Origin: Octopus bimaculoides
Taxonomy: Eukaryota
NCBI RefSeq assembly: GCF_001194135.2
Contig: NC_068984.1
Coordinates: 129,362,537-129,415,099 of the forward strand
Direction: 5' to 3'
Length of the DNA stretch: 52,563 nt
Part shown: piece by piece, positions 38,133 to 51,364 of the stretch
Position numbering within the stretch: the first letter of the stretch is position 1
How the letters are laid out: each line of letters starts with the position of its first letter
The notes under the pieces: generated by a model
Databases searched by the model: none
Told to the model about the DNA's origin: nothing
The model's input: the letters and a program-made list of their open reading frames with translations, nothing else
Position numbers and translations under genes: made by a program

Positions 38133-38491
38133 CACGTACACACAGTAATAACTATTATACATCTATACACATACATATATATAAACACAATAATACCCAT
38201 TATAGATATATACACTGTGTGTGTCCTTGTTTAGACCTAACATCATACAGGTTGCTTATTTCCTGTCTGCTGTGAAAACATGTCTGGCCTTGGGGAAATA
38301 ATACCTTGCTTGAAAACAGGTGAGGATTAGCAACAGAAAGGCATCTGGCTTCAATAAATTTCATCTGACCCATGCAAGCATGGAAAAGTAGACATTAAAT
38401 GATGATGATGATGGGACAACCACCAATAATTTAAATGTGTTCCTCGAATTTGTATTTTTATTTACATAAACAAGACAAAAATAAAACATAC

Positions 38492-38585
38492 CTCCAGCCA
38501 CAGAACCAAGAGTAAAACGATAAGCATTTTCTAACACCATCATTAATGGCTGACGACCAGCACCTTCAGCAAGACGGATCTTCTC
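38492..38585 (-). CDS. SLC25A12/SLC25A13: Aralar/citrin exon, linker and start of carrier helix H1 (EKIRLAEGAGRQPLMMVLENAYRFTLGSVAG); approx. exon 10
   Basis: Acceptor tttatcccAG, donor GTatgt; 94 nt, phase 0 to 1; ENAYRFTLGSVAG motif. Confidence 0.95.
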
Positions 38586-38711
38586 CTGGGATAAAAAGAA
38601 AAATATCAGTTATACAGTGATAACGCATGAGTGTTTTTTTTTTTATCTGTATAATTAAAGATAAAGTAATACATAAAGTTAATTGGTAAATGTTAGAAGA
38701 TGAATACTTAC

Positions 38712-38796
38712 TTCAGCTATTTGCATCTGGATGGAGTATGGAGTCTCTCTCCCTTCCATGGGGGATACACATTCCAGGTCTTCATATCGTATACGG
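38712..38796 (-). CDS. SLC25A12/SLC25A13: Aralar/citrin exon (RIRYEDLECVSPMEGRETPYSIQMQIAE); approx. exon 9
   Basis: Acceptor ttttatttcaaAG, donor GTaagt; 85 nt, phase 2 to 0, exactly bridging the flanking exon phases; resembles human RMTLADIERIAP. Confidence 0.9.
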
Positions 38797-41394
38797 CTTT
38801 GAAATAAAAAAACATACAGCTTTTACAGTTTAAGATAACCACTGAACATCATTATGCAACAGTTAACAGTTTCTTAAAACATACAGCAGCAAACTAAAAA
38901 GCAGAAAAAAAACAAATATTCAGAGTATAGCTGGAACTGCTATTATATCAAATTGGAATATGCTAAAGCTTAAATTATGGTCAATCTGGGAACTCATAGC
39001 AACTGCAGCTCAATTGATCTTACAGTTTTTGCAAAAAAACAAAAGAGAACACATGGCTCTATAGCCAATAATTATCCTATAATAGATGTAATATAAAATC
39101 ACCAGATAGTATTATACAACCTAATCACTGAATGTAAGTACTAAAATATTAACTAATAGAAACTACAATCTATTTAACCAACTACAGAGTGTTCATAAGT
39201 CAAATTTATATTACACACTAATTTAATATCTTAGATCTTTAGTTAAAGTTGCGTGAAAAAAAAAGAACTGCCATACTTATTACTAACACAACTATAATGA
39301 ACACCAATGGAGTATTGTAAAACTAATACCAATGAAATGTAATGTAAGAGGGCAGTTTCCACATTTAAAGTTTATTTATCTAATTAATAATCTAGCACGT
39401 TTTGCAACATATATTTTATGGAATTATTGAATTCTAGCTAAAACTTCTGAGAAAAAAAAATAACCAGAAAATTAATAAAAATTTGTATTTATAAACAAAT
39501 GAAAAATTGTAATTAGTTGATTATCTCATAACCTGTGAGAGGAAAATATCTGAAAATAGAGTAAGTAAATTAAATCCAGTTAAAAAGAAAGAATGTGTTA
39601 ACACTGAATTAAAAAATAAGTAATGATAAATATGAATGAATAGGATAGACTATAATGAAAATAGAAAAGTTATTCTAATCCCAAGAATGAAAGAGGTGAA
39701 ACATTATTATGAGCAGTTTATAGTAAGATTATAGTAAGGTAAATAACAGTTTGTAGTAAGATTATAAAGAGCCTTAATTATTTTTTTAGTATTGAATTAT
39801 GAAGCCCAATAAAAGATACCAGCCATGCATACAAGTTTCAGCACAATTTCCGTCTTTCAAATTCCATTTATAAAGTACTGATGAAACCAAGGCTATGGTA
39901 GAAGACACTGGCCCAAGGTGCTGTACAGTGGCATCAAATATATGCTTGCACTGTGAACCTCTTAACATCAAAGCTATACCACATCCCAAATTGTTAATTT
40001 GGGTTGTGGCTAGTAGGGGATGATGGGAAATGATTTAGTTAAAGAAACTTACTTAGAAACACAACTGCTTTAAACAAGAAAACAAACCTAAGGATATTAT
40101 GAAAGAGTAAACACCAATAATAAAAATAAATCACCCAAGAACATCAAGTTTCAGTAAGTAACTACCTTTATTAAATGTAGCAAATATTCATGTATTTTCA
40201 AAAATCTGCAAAAAACAACAAGCCAACACGAAGTTTCACAGAATTTAATTTGATGGGTCAATATTCAGAGTTCAAATCCTACTAGAGTCAATCCTCTGTG
40301 TATTCCAAGTTAAAAGTAAAACTAGTAGAACACCAAAGTTATTTAAATTGAAAGGGAAAAACCTAACATCTAATCCAACAGACAAAAAAATACACCAGAA
40401 CAAAATGTTATATTATTGAAGATATTATATGCCCTTCTATTTAGACAGGAGATGTTACATTTATTTGTCTCAGTTTATTTTAATAACTTATTGAATTTAG
40501 CAATTTAATTAACCCTAATATGTTTGATGAAACATAACATGAAGTAGATTAAAAATTGAAGGATTATGTCTAATTTTTGTTTTTTTTTAAACTATAGAAA
40601 TGAAATTGAAGGGATAAAAACAATATAATGACAATAGTAATTCCTTGTACAGACTCAGTGAAATAGAGCACAAAATTACAATGTAATCTCTCTCAACCTC
40701 TCTGAGTTTCCCTGTTGGATATCATATAGCTTACAATTCAAATTCCAATCAATTTTCTAATTCTATTTATTCTAAAGAGCTAGGCACAGACGTAGGCAAA
40801 TACACAAACATCTAGTCCATGCACGACATGAATGTATGCAGATGACTGCAGATATCAATCTTTTCAATCAGTTTATCAAAACTGACCACACACAGAAAGC
40901 TCTAGAAAACATTGTTTCTAATTATTATACATCAACAAAAAAAAAATAATAATAAAATCAACTAAAAACACACTATTCATTCTGTACCACAATGATAAAG
41001 TACAATCAGTTCATTCTTCAGTTGTGAATTAGATTCCATATTCAACATAATATCACAGCAATGATGATAATCGTTATGGCAACTACACTATTTATACACT
41101 ACTGACTTCTTGTAGAGTAATAATTCCAGTCCTCTCAATTCAAATAATGATTAGTCTTGAAAACTAATTACTAAATCTATACTAAGTTATATTAGTAAAT
41201 TGGTTGAGGGCAAAGGAGAAGAAGTCTGAGAAAGTACTTTGGTACCTATAAACAGCAAAGGGATATACTTCATGCAGACAGTATGAACTAGATTTCTGAT
41301 GAGACAACTGAACAGAAGCAATTCATATGACAGACTGGACAGAATGGGAAATAGCACTGATTCTATAAAGAGAGCAACACACATTTTGTAAAGG

Positions 41395-41650
41395 GAAAAC
41401 ATAAATAACAGTTTCATTTTTGGATTTGGTTTGCAAGATTCTTTATGTGAGTTCATGTGTTGAAGCGTATTCTGTTGTGTCTGGGGAGAGTCATTCTCTT
41501 TTAGTGCCTTATAATTTAACTCACTCACTGGTAAAATCTCCACTCATTTACTTATCTTACTAAAATTTTCATTGCATCTTGAAACCTTTTCAATAGTTGT
41601 TGACTCTCAATAATAATAATAATAATAAATAATAATAATAATAATAATAA
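41395..41650. repeat. Probable interspersed repeat fragment ending in (AAT)n
   Basis: GC-richer block ending in an (aat)n tail; family recognised only loosely. Confidence 0.35.
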
Positions 41651-43449
41651 TAGTTTCAGATGAATTAAAAGTATAAATGAATGTGATCAATGATAACTAG
41701 TCTGAAGAAAATAGATTACAGTTGATAGGAATAGCAATTTGCAAACAGAAAGAGACACTATATTCCTAGATAACAGTTTGGTTTGTGAGTTTGTAAGGCA
41801 TTTTTTTAAGGAGTGGGGAGGGTTGTTGTAGTTTAATAGTTTAAGGAAGGGAAATACTCAAGACCCTTACCATAACCACTGATACTGGCAGGAGGCAAGC
41901 AGAAATTTATCCTCACACAGAAAACTTGGGCTGAATATCAAAGAGCACCTAGGAACCATGTGCTGGTGTTGAAATGACCGACAGATTAAGTCTAGCACTC
42001 AACAACAGGGATGATCCTTCTAACTGGCATCTACATAGTTCCTGCCTATGATTACCAAAGATAACTAGTATTGATTCAGTAGTGAATATTGTTAATAATG
42101 ATAGCCAGGGTACAAGAAATCAATACAACAATAATGTAAAAAAAAAAAAAATCATAATCATAGCCAGTCACTGAGTGTGTTGTTAACTGTAGTGATCGGT
42201 AATGTTGTAGCTAGGAAAGTTAGTTGTTGTTTAACTATAGATTAGTTATGGCTGAACAACAACAGGTCTAATTGGGCAGACCTACAATCAAAGGTATTCC
42301 AGAGATGACCACCCAGTCTTATGAGGAATATGTCTAGGACTACATTATCCAATATATCTTTTTCTATTTAAGATGGTATAGTGCAATTGGGGGAGATCTG
42401 ACTGCTATTTCCCTCTAGTTAAGCAACTATGTAGGCATTTCCTCATATATAAGTTAATAGTGATAATTGGTGGATGATTCCATTTTAACAGCTGGATTAA
42501 AACTTAACTGAAAATCAAATATTTTGTAGCCAGTGTAGTCAATGGATATAGAAAACAAGTAGGAAGACCTTTGATAGCATGATAGTAAAGTAATAGTTTA
42601 GATATATGCTCAAGTGGTGATATGACCAACACAGGAAATAAAGCCTACAGACTTTTAAGTTCCTAGTAGTAATAAATAGATATGTTGTGGTCACCCAATT
42701 GGTTTAGTAGTACAGAAAATGTAGTTATTGATGCTATGCTGTCAAGAAAATTTTAAGAAATGATCACTATTGATGATAAAATGTTTTGTTTTTAATTTAT
42801 AGAAAGGTGCATGTTGGTAGTGGAACTTGTGCAGTAAAGACTGAATATTTGAAATGACAGGAAATGAACAAGGAGAGTATCTGTCAATAAATGTACAACA
42901 TTAAGTAAGGATACAGCTTGAGTGCAAGTGAGTTGCAAAGCAACAGGATTCGAAAGGGCCAGACAACAAACTACAAGTTGATGATAGAGAAGAAAGGTGG
43001 ACTAAAGAGTAACTGGGATTAGATTACACTTTAGAAAGATGTTATAGAAATGAAGTGATTGAGAACCAAATAGTGAAAAAGTGTGCTGCCTTGAAAAACC
43101 TATCATATATCTAAGTTATCATGAAAAATAAAAGCATTCTACTGCTGTGTCCAATTCTCTCCAACTTTCTCAAAACAACTCTCCCTCTAACCACACAGCA
43201 TTTTTAGCACCTGGAGTTTTTTTTTCTTTTTCCCTTGACCCTTAGGACTCATAAGGATCGAGCTCAACTTGGTTCCCATGATGTATAAGTGAATGAGATT
43301 AGAACACTGACCCTTGAATGAGATGTCAAATGGTAACCATCAGAACCACATTTACTGTCAGAATGAACATCTATTTCTCCTGCCTTATCACAAGTCCAGT
43401 TCAGTTCTCTCTTTACCTATTACTCAGGCCCCATGTTCTTTGAGCATCC

Positions 43450-43830
43450 TACATGTTGTCGTCACACAATTGACAACAAAATTAACTTCTATCCTAAACA
43501 GTTTATCTTCAGTTATTTAGCTTGTTTTAGCCATCACAACTAAAGCTATGCTGGAGCATCACCTTTATCTCATTCTAGTAATAACTGCCAGAGATTATGG
43601 AAGCCTGAAACATTACACCCCACTCATAATTAAAGAAATCTACCCGATACTACTGATTAGAGTTCTACTGCTCTCAACATCTTCCTTTCAGGACTTGCTA
43701 GCTGCATTTCATTGCAATCTAAACATTACTGCACTAATCCATGTTATTTGTTTACAAACAGTCTCTGACTTGACTAGTAACTATCCTTTCCCATTTAGTT
43801 ATGCAGTATTAACTCGCCCCACTTCCTCCA
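43450..43830 (+). mobile_element. Possible highly degenerate CR1/Jockey-type endonuclease remnant
   Basis: PDTTD*SSTALNIFLS resembles the P-D-x-T..N-x-L-D-L-F-L-T pattern; weak. Confidence 0.3.
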
Positions 43831-43917
43831 GCTGTTTCTGCTAAATAAGAACATTATATCTAAAATAATGATACTCAGATATTAGGTGCAGAATGCCATT
43901 AAGACAGAGAAATCAAG

Positions 43918-43976
43918 TTTTGAAGTAATAAAATTTTGAAGTAATAAAATTTTGAAGTAATAAAATTTTTAAGTAA
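43918..43976. repeat. 16-bp tandem repeat (ttttgaagtaataaaa) x3 plus partial
   Basis: Direct observation. Confidence 0.9.
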
Positions 43977-44261
43977 TTTCATCTTTTTATAGCAAATAAT
44001 CTGAGACAGACTCTGGTTCTATGATACAAACTTTATGTTTTAAAGTGTTTTGAAGACCTTCCATTTTGAATTTCAAGTTATTTTACATTTTAAACACCAG
44101 CACAATAATGACAAAGTTATTTTAATTTCATTTTTCTCTTCATTATTTTATTCTTCATTTTCAAACTTAATTGAACTAAAGGTAGGGTACATCAACGGAA
44201 ATATGGTACCAAAAGGTTTCACGCAGCTCTTATTTAAGTACTGAATTAATCAAGGAAGTTT

Positions 44262-45727
44262 CATCATCATCATCATCATCGTCGTTTAACGTCTGTTTTC
44301 TATGCTAGCATGGGTTGGACGGTTTGACCGGTGTCTGGGAAGCCAGGAGGCTGCACCAGGCTCCAGTCTGATCTGGTAGTGTTTTTACAGCTGGATGCCC
44401 TTCCTAACGTCAACCACTCAGTGAGTGTAGTGGGTGCTTTTTACGTGCCACCAGCACAGGGGCCAGAGGAGGCTGGCAACGGCCACAATCAGTTGGTGCT
44501 TTTTTATGTGCCACCAGCACAGAAGCTAGTCAAAGCGGCGCTGGCATTGGTTACATTCGGATGGTGCTTTTTACGTGCCACCAGCACGGGTATCACAACT
44601 ACAATTTCCATTTGATTTTCATTTTGATGTTGATGTACTTGACTCAATAGGTCTCCTCAAGCACAGCAGGTCGCCCTCCGATCCAAGGTACTTTTGAATT
44701 GGTTAGGGCTGGTTATGTGAAACTGGTGTAGGATACAGCCGTGAACTCACTTTATTTGCCGGGTCTTCGCAGTCACAGCATATCTCCAGAGGTCTTGGTC
44801 CTTCATCATTGCCTCCATGAGGCCCAATGTTCGAATGTCATGCTTGACCACCTCATCCCATGTCTTCCTGGGTCTACTTCTACCCCAGATTCCTTCAACT
44901 GTTTGGGAGTGGCACTTCTTCCTCCATCTCTCCTCATCCATCCGTAGTACATGACCATACCAGTGCAAACGTCTCTCTTGCATGTCGCATCCGATGCTTC
45001 TTATGTCCAACATTTCTCTCAGGGCACTTACACTCTGTCATGTGTGCACACTGAAATTACACATCCAGCGGATCATGCTAGCTTCATTTCTTTCGAGCCT
45101 ACACGTCCTCCGCAGTCACGGCCCATGTTTCACTGCCGTGAAGCATGGCAGTTCGCACACATGCATCGTACAATCTACCTTTCACTCTGAGCGAAAGGCC
45201 CTTTGTCACCAGTAGAGGTAGAAGCTTTCTAAACTTTGCCCAGGCTATTCTTATTCTAGTGGTAACACTCTCTGAGCATCCACCCCCACTCCTAACTTCG
45301 TCACCCAGGTAGCAGAAGCTATCAACTACTTCTAGTTTCTTCCCCTGGAGTGTGATGTAATCTGTTTTCTGAGCATCTGTGGTGTTTACTGCCCTTGTGC
45401 ATCTGCTGCACACAAAAGATATTTTCTCGGTTAATCTTCCTTTGATGTTGCTGCACCTCTTATGTGTCCATAGCTTACAATGGGTACATCTTATGGAGTT
45501 TCTACCTACACCTTTTCTACAGACCGAGCAGACCTACCTGAGGGGGTGTGTAATGAATTTGCCTTCCTACTTACTAGAATTTTGGTCTTAGCTACATTGA
45601 CTCTAAGGCCTTTTGATTCTAAACCTTTTCTAGTTCCGGTAGTGATTCTGCTAAGAGGGCCAGGTCATCAGCATAGAGGAGCTCCCAGGGGCAACCCGTC
45701 TTGAATTCCTCTGTTATTGCCTGAAAG
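44262..45727 (-). mobile_element. 5'-truncated RTE-clade LINE: RT C-terminal part, long 3' UTR and (GAT)n tail
   Basis: ELLYADDLAL (YADD codons 45675-45664), LEVVDSFCYLGD, LHGSETW, RRLHWYGHVLRM, GRSRPRKTW; frameshifts and stops present. Confidence 0.93.
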
Positions 45728-46688
45728 ACTATGATGAATAAAAGGGGACTATGTATAGAAAATGTGTAAAGTTAAACAGAAAAAAAAACTCCTGATCTCA
45801 ACTGATACAAAAAAAAAAAAAAACTTGAATTTGTGAATGTGTGGAGCTGTTTTTAAGCTTGCGATATATATATATATAATCTTATAAAGCTGTTTATATA
45901 ACCAGAGAATATCAAATGGTAAGTTGTAATCAATAAAAGTATTTGATATTTTATTCATTTGTTACAGCAAATTCTATTCTACTAATTATCATGAGACAGG
46001 TTATTTAATTTATTATTTATGGCCTAATAGTAAAGAAAATGATCCAAACTTTATAATTAGTTATGTTTTATGAAAATATCTTTCAGAGAGCAGCACACAG
46101 TATCACTTGTATGGATATGGACATTAAATAGAGATACACAAATGATTTACAAATGAGGGAACAATGATACAATAAATGTCTTCTAATGATGCTACAACAT
46201 AGTTTAGAGTATTCTTTCTATTGTAATTCACTAACAAAAAAAAATGATATTGGTTTTCTAGCTAGCATGGAGTAAACTACAACACACACACACATGAAAA
46301 AAGTAAACACAACTGATTTTTCTAAATATGGTATCAGCAATACTAATTAAGAGAAATACCCATTAACATGAAACACAGAGTATTTGCTTTTAGGGAGAGG
46401 GAAAAACCTTGGGTATCTTTCAAGCTGGCAGGCGAATCTGAAGTGAATTTTAAAAAAATATACAACACCAAATATCACCAAAATAAAATTATAATGTCTC
46501 ACCCAAAACTTCTTCTAACGCTGAAACAAAAACATGACAAAAAAAAAAAAAAAAAGACAAATAACTTTGTGCAATTATTCCTTAAGAACAAAAATAAAAA
46601 AAATCAAGCATTAATGTTTCAATAAGCTAATCAGTAAATGAATACTAATTAAAATGATATTTTTAAAGTATATTCATATAATCTAGAC

Positions 46689-47129
46689 CAGTCATGGCAA
46701 ACTGCAGCCTGTGGGACAGACATTTTGAATGGCATGCCTAATTATGGTTTCAAGTTTTGACACAAGGTCAACAATTTTGGGGGTGGGGGTAAGTCGATTA
46801 CATCGACCCCAGTACTCAACTGGTACTTATTTTATCGACCCCAAAAGGATGAAAGGTAAAGTTGACCTTGGCAGAATTTGAACTCAGAATGTAAGGATGG
46901 ATGAAATGCAGCTAAGCATTCTGTCCAGCACGCTAACAATCCTGCCAGCTTACTGTCTTAATGGTGCACCAAATTTCACAAGGAAAAATAGTGTTTATTA
47001 AAATTACCTTCAATTTTTATAGTAGTGCAGCTTACCTGATGATGAGTCATGTGCAGCCTAACTAATGATGAGCCAGGTGCAACCTACCTGATGATGCGCC
47101 CACTTCTTAAAAAAGGTTGCCCATGACTG
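46689..47129. mobile_element. hAT (Charlie-like) MITE with a nested family B SINE (about 46745-46960, minus)
   Basis: TIR cagtcatggcaaac versus ggttgcccatgactg; flanks atctagac and atatagtt resemble the nTCTAGAn 8-bp target. Confidence 0.65.
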
Positions 47130-47329
47130 ATATAGTTAGTTGAAGTCCTTATTGGAAACCAAATATTAAAAACACAGTGCTATAATACATACAGACATGT
47201 ACAAACAAACAAAGACTTATATATGAATACAGACAGAAGAGAATGGTTGAGAAGGATTGACAGTTGATCGTTTGAATTTGAATTTTTAACTTGCTTGGAA
47301 ATCCATGTCTTATCAACAAGGAATCATCA

Positions 47330-47427
47330 TCATCATCATCATCGTTTAACGTCCGCTTTCCATGCTAGCATGGGTTGGACGATTTGACTGAGGACTGGTG
47401 CAACCGGATGGCTACACCAGGCTCCAA
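47330..47427 (-). mobile_element. Very short, young-looking RTE 3' end
   Basis: (cat)n cgtttaacgtccgctttccatgctagcatgggttggacg, truncated at ggctccaa. Confidence 0.8.
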
Positions 47428-49196
47428 ATAATAGGAGAAATGATCTACAATCATTATATAAATGTCCACCACAAGGTTCCATTCTTGTTGCAGTGTAGTT
47501 GCATGTGTGCCTCAACAACTCCGATAGCTATGCCTGCAGAGTACAAACTCTGGGTAGGACATCCCATATTGGAACATGCCAAAGGAGAATGGCCAAACTA
47601 AAATGGACCGCGTATTCCTAGAGACAAAAATGAGTTTGCATAAAGCCAATACTCCTACCTAGTTAAAAAAAAAAAGTTACAGACGTAATTCAAAACCAAC
47701 AAGGCCAGAAAAAAAGTTGCCCATGGCCTATGAATGATAGGGAGCAAAGAGCTGAACCCTTTGGCATTCAGATTACTCAGTCAAATGTAATGCTTATTTA
47801 TTCACATGGTTTTGAATTCATCATGCATTATTTCACAGCTTCAAAGTTTTGATGATGTGATTGTCTACTTTTAGAATGGCATTGTTGGGTCGGTGTAAGA
47901 GGTCAGATCTGGCTATTTTGAACATAAGATAGGTAAAAATATTTGGGCTGGTTATGGCTAGTTTAAATATTAAAGGGTTAAGCAAGTAATTATTTAAATA
48001 TACCTAGATTTATCATTTTAAATAATTCTAGGATTGATCTTTTTTTTTTTTTTCATTTTAAGACTACCATACATTAACAATGTGCTGTTTAGCTTGACAT
48101 CAGAGTAATCAGTAATAATTTCTGTAAATATCAAAACAAACTAACAAACTGGACAGCAAATTAAATTAACAATAGTCACATTGCCCCACATCTTACACAA
48201 AAAAACCCAATATGATGCAGTTTACACTGTTTCTAAATCAAGTGAGAACATAACTTAGATCTGAATAACTTTTCAGAGAAATAAATGTAAACAAATGCAC
48301 AGACATATAGTGTACACATGCATGCACACACACTAAGTTTCTTTTGATTTCCATCAACCAAATCCACTCACAAGGCTTTAGTCAGCCTGGGACTATCATA
48401 TGAGACACTTGCCCAAGGTGGAACACAATGAAACTTAACCTAAAATCACAAGGCTGCAGAGTAAACTTCATAACCACACCTAGGTTCTATTAGGTACTTT
48501 TCTTATCTGTTCTATGCCACTTCCGCCTTAGAATAACTAAGTAAATAACATGCTTTTATAACAATAGAAATAGTTGAGTCTCTGAGAAACACCACAATTA
48601 CTACCTGCTACAGGTGGTTTAAATACTCTTGTCAGCTCTTGTCAAGTACATTTAGTTAAAGTCTGAACAGAAACACTACAGAGGGTTTTTTTTCTTGTTT
48701 GTTTTGGTTTTTCTTTTCTTCATAGTTTATGCTCCTTATTTCATTTTCATTGGAATCTGAAATTTTGAACAGATCTTTGCAATTTTTGAGAAAAGACATC
48801 CACCTAACCAAAGATGGGGGAACCTTTTTATTTTTTTCATTGATTTTTATTTCGCTGTTATAATTCTTTGCAACAAAAGACAACGTAAATGAGGAATGGA
48901 AATTGAGCAACTATGGCATTCTGCATATTCCAAAAGAATTAGGAAAACAAGAGATCCCATCTAGAAATTGTAACTCCATTCAACAGCTAACTTCTACTTT
49001 TAAGTGCTTGCCCTAGCTTATGATAATTAAACAGCTAAAAATGATAACAGCAATTATATTTTACCAACCATTAAATTACATTATGAAATTCTTTGCGTTT
49101 GATCCAATGCTGAAACTAAATTGATAAATATTGGAGATCTTGGAGAGCATTGCTGTAAATGTATCAATAAAGAGGAAATTTGCTGTAGTGACTCAC

Positions 49197-49293
49197 CCAG
49201 TTTGTTGTCGAAGACCAGCTAACTGGAAAAGGATGTCAACTTCCATTGGAGTAAGTTGGGCAGCAAAGTCCTGGGCTTGGTATAGTAATTCCT
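49197..49293 (-). CDS. SLC25A12/SLC25A13: Aralar/citrin exon (EELLYQAQDFAAQLTPMEVDILFQLAGLRQQTG); approx. exon 8
   Basis: Acceptor ttattatAG, donor GTgagt; 97 nt, phase 1 to 2; TPMEVDILFQLA motif. Not present in the ORF track. Confidence 0.95.
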
Positions 49294-49419
49294 CTATAAT
49301 AAAGTGTCAAAGCATTTGTCAAGAGAGAGGTGAAAGGGAAGGGTAGATAAAGATAGGAAATGAAAGGTAAAAAAATAAAAACCAAAATAGTGTATAAAAA
49401 ACAAAGAATACAGAGAGAG

Positions 49420-49522
49420 AAAGAGAGAGGGGGGTAGAGTGATAGTGAATAAAGCGAGTGACAAGAAGAGACAGACAGAGCGACAGGGATGAATAGATGG
49501 ATGAAGAGAGAGGGGGAGAGAA

Positions 49523-49553
<31 letters not shown>

Positions 49554-49617
49554 AAGAGAGAGAGAGAAAGAGAGAGAGAGAGANNNNNNNNNNAGAGAGA
49601 GAAAGAGAGAGAGAGAA

Positions 49618-49648
<31 letters not shown>

Positions 49649-49860
49649 AAGAGAGAGAGAAGGCGAGAGAGAGAAAGAGAGTGAGAAAGAGAGAGAGAAA
49701 GAAAGAGAGAGAGAAAGAAAGAAAGAGAGAGAGAAAGAAAGAGAGAGAGAGAGAGAGAGAAAGAAAGAGAGAGAGAAAGAAAGAGAGAGAAAGAAAGAGA
49801 AAGAGAGAGAGAGAGTGAGTGTGTGTGTGTGTGTGCGTGTGCATGAGTTTGTGTGTGTGT
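49420..49860. repeat. Compound (GA)n/(GAAA)n microsatellite followed by (TG)n
   Basis: Direct observation; contains a 10-N gap. Confidence 0.95.
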
Positions 49861-50216
49861 ATGTGCACTGAATGAGAAAGAGCAGTGAGACAGAGTGAGA
49901 TGGAGAGAATAGAGAGATACACTGAGCACTGGAAAGACAAGCAGGAAAGAGAGATATTAAATACATAGACATGCACATATCATAATTTAATATGTTAAAA
50001 TGGTTGGTATCAGGAAGGGTATTCAGCCACATAAAAACCAAGCTAAACATGAAACCTACAAGTGAGATGTGGCTCCCCAAAACCTATCCAGAAATGTAGG
50101 AACTACCATCTAACTCATGCCACCAAAGAAAGTAGATATAAAACAATAATGAGTATACATATAAATAAATGTTCAAGGGTGTGGGTGTGTGTGTGTGTGT
50201 GTGTATGTGTACATAT

Positions 50217-50592
50217 TGTTGTTGGCAATCCGTCGCTTACGACGTCGAGGGTTCCAGTTGATCCGATCAACGGAACAGCCTGCTCGTGAAATTAATGTGC
50301 AAGTGGCTGAGCACTCCACAGACACTTGTACCCTTAATGTAGTTCTCAGGGATATTCAGTGTGACAAGGCTTACCCTTTGAATTACAGGTACAACAGAAA
50401 CAGGAAGTAAGAGTGAGAGAAAGTTGTGGTGAAAGAGTACAGCAGGGTTCGCCACCATCCCCTGCCGGAGCCTCGTGGAGCTTTTAAGTGTTTTCGCTCA
50501 ATAAACACTCACAATGCCCGGTCTGGGAATCGAAACCGCGATCCTATGACTGCGAGTCCGCTCCCCTAACCACTGGGCCATTGCGCCTCCAC
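50217..50592 (-). mobile_element. tRNA-derived SINE (family C) with intact Pol III A and B boxes
   Basis: Minus strand: A box TGGCCCAGTGG (50580-50570), B box GGTTTCGATTCC (50537-50526); second copy at 52243 onward. Confidence 0.85.
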
Positions 50593-51133
50593 CTGTGTAC
50601 ATATATGCACACTCATACATACACAACAGGCTTCTATATTTTCTGTCTAACAAATTGCACTCAAAGATCTTTGGTCAACCAAAGACTATGGAAGAAATGC
50701 CTATGAGTCTGTGCAGTGGATGTGAACCCAGACCATGCAGTCATTAAAAGAAATGAACTTCTTAACCACATGACCACACCAGCACCCAAGTAGGGAAAGA
50801 AGTGGATGTGTAGTTAATAAGTTCACTTTTAAACCACACATGGTTTCAGGTTCAGTCCTACTGCATGGTACCTGAAACAAGTGACTTAGTATAAAAATGC
50901 TGTTTCCTCAAAAGACAGATCATGCTTATTTATTTAGAAAAACAGTAGAATCCAAGGAAACTGATGTTCTAAGCTAATACTTCTAGATTTCTATTCTTTA
51001 CATACCCCTCTGCTGAAGCTCCATCAGACCACACTTCTTTAAACAAATACATGGACATAAATATATTCATTCCAAATGTAAGAATATCAAACTATATAAC
51101 AATGATATACTGAGACAAGCTAAACTTTACATA

Positions 51134-51351
51134 TGAGGGGTGCTGAAAAGTTCCTGGTTTTAAGGGTATCATGAAAGGCCTGGTTGGAGGCCCAACTTTC
51201 CGAGTTCTTTTACAAGGCTTAGAAAAACTGAACGACCACTGCAATAAGTGTGAGAATCTGAGAAGGGAATATGTTGAATAAAATCATAATTAACTGATCC
51301 TCCTGTATTTTTTCTTTTACCCAAAGCCAGAAACTTTTCAGCACTCCCACA
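51134..51351. mobile_element. Mariner-type MITE, inverted relative to the 32162 and 35926 copies
   Basis: Same TIRs, TA flanks; interior is the reverse complement of 35926-36143. Confidence 0.85.
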
Positions 51352-51364
51352 TAAGTCAAAGAAA

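Noticed and set aside
47025-47102. CRISPR-like short repeat array
   Set aside because: The context is eukaryotic, the units are contiguous without spacers, and there are no cas genes.
47064-47130. Box C/D snoRNA-like arrangement (ATGATGA..CTGA..TGATG..CTGA)
   Set aside because: It is antisense to the host gene. The motifs come from the MITE subrepeats and the D-like box overlaps the TIR.
49236-50080. Long SL-rich and ER-rich ORFs
   Set aside because: They are translations of the (GA)n microsatellite. The real exon here (49293-49197) is in a different frame.
50505-50592. Possible tRNA gene
   Set aside because: It is the tRNA-derived head of a multi-copy SINE; no complete cloverleaf or acceptor stem seen.
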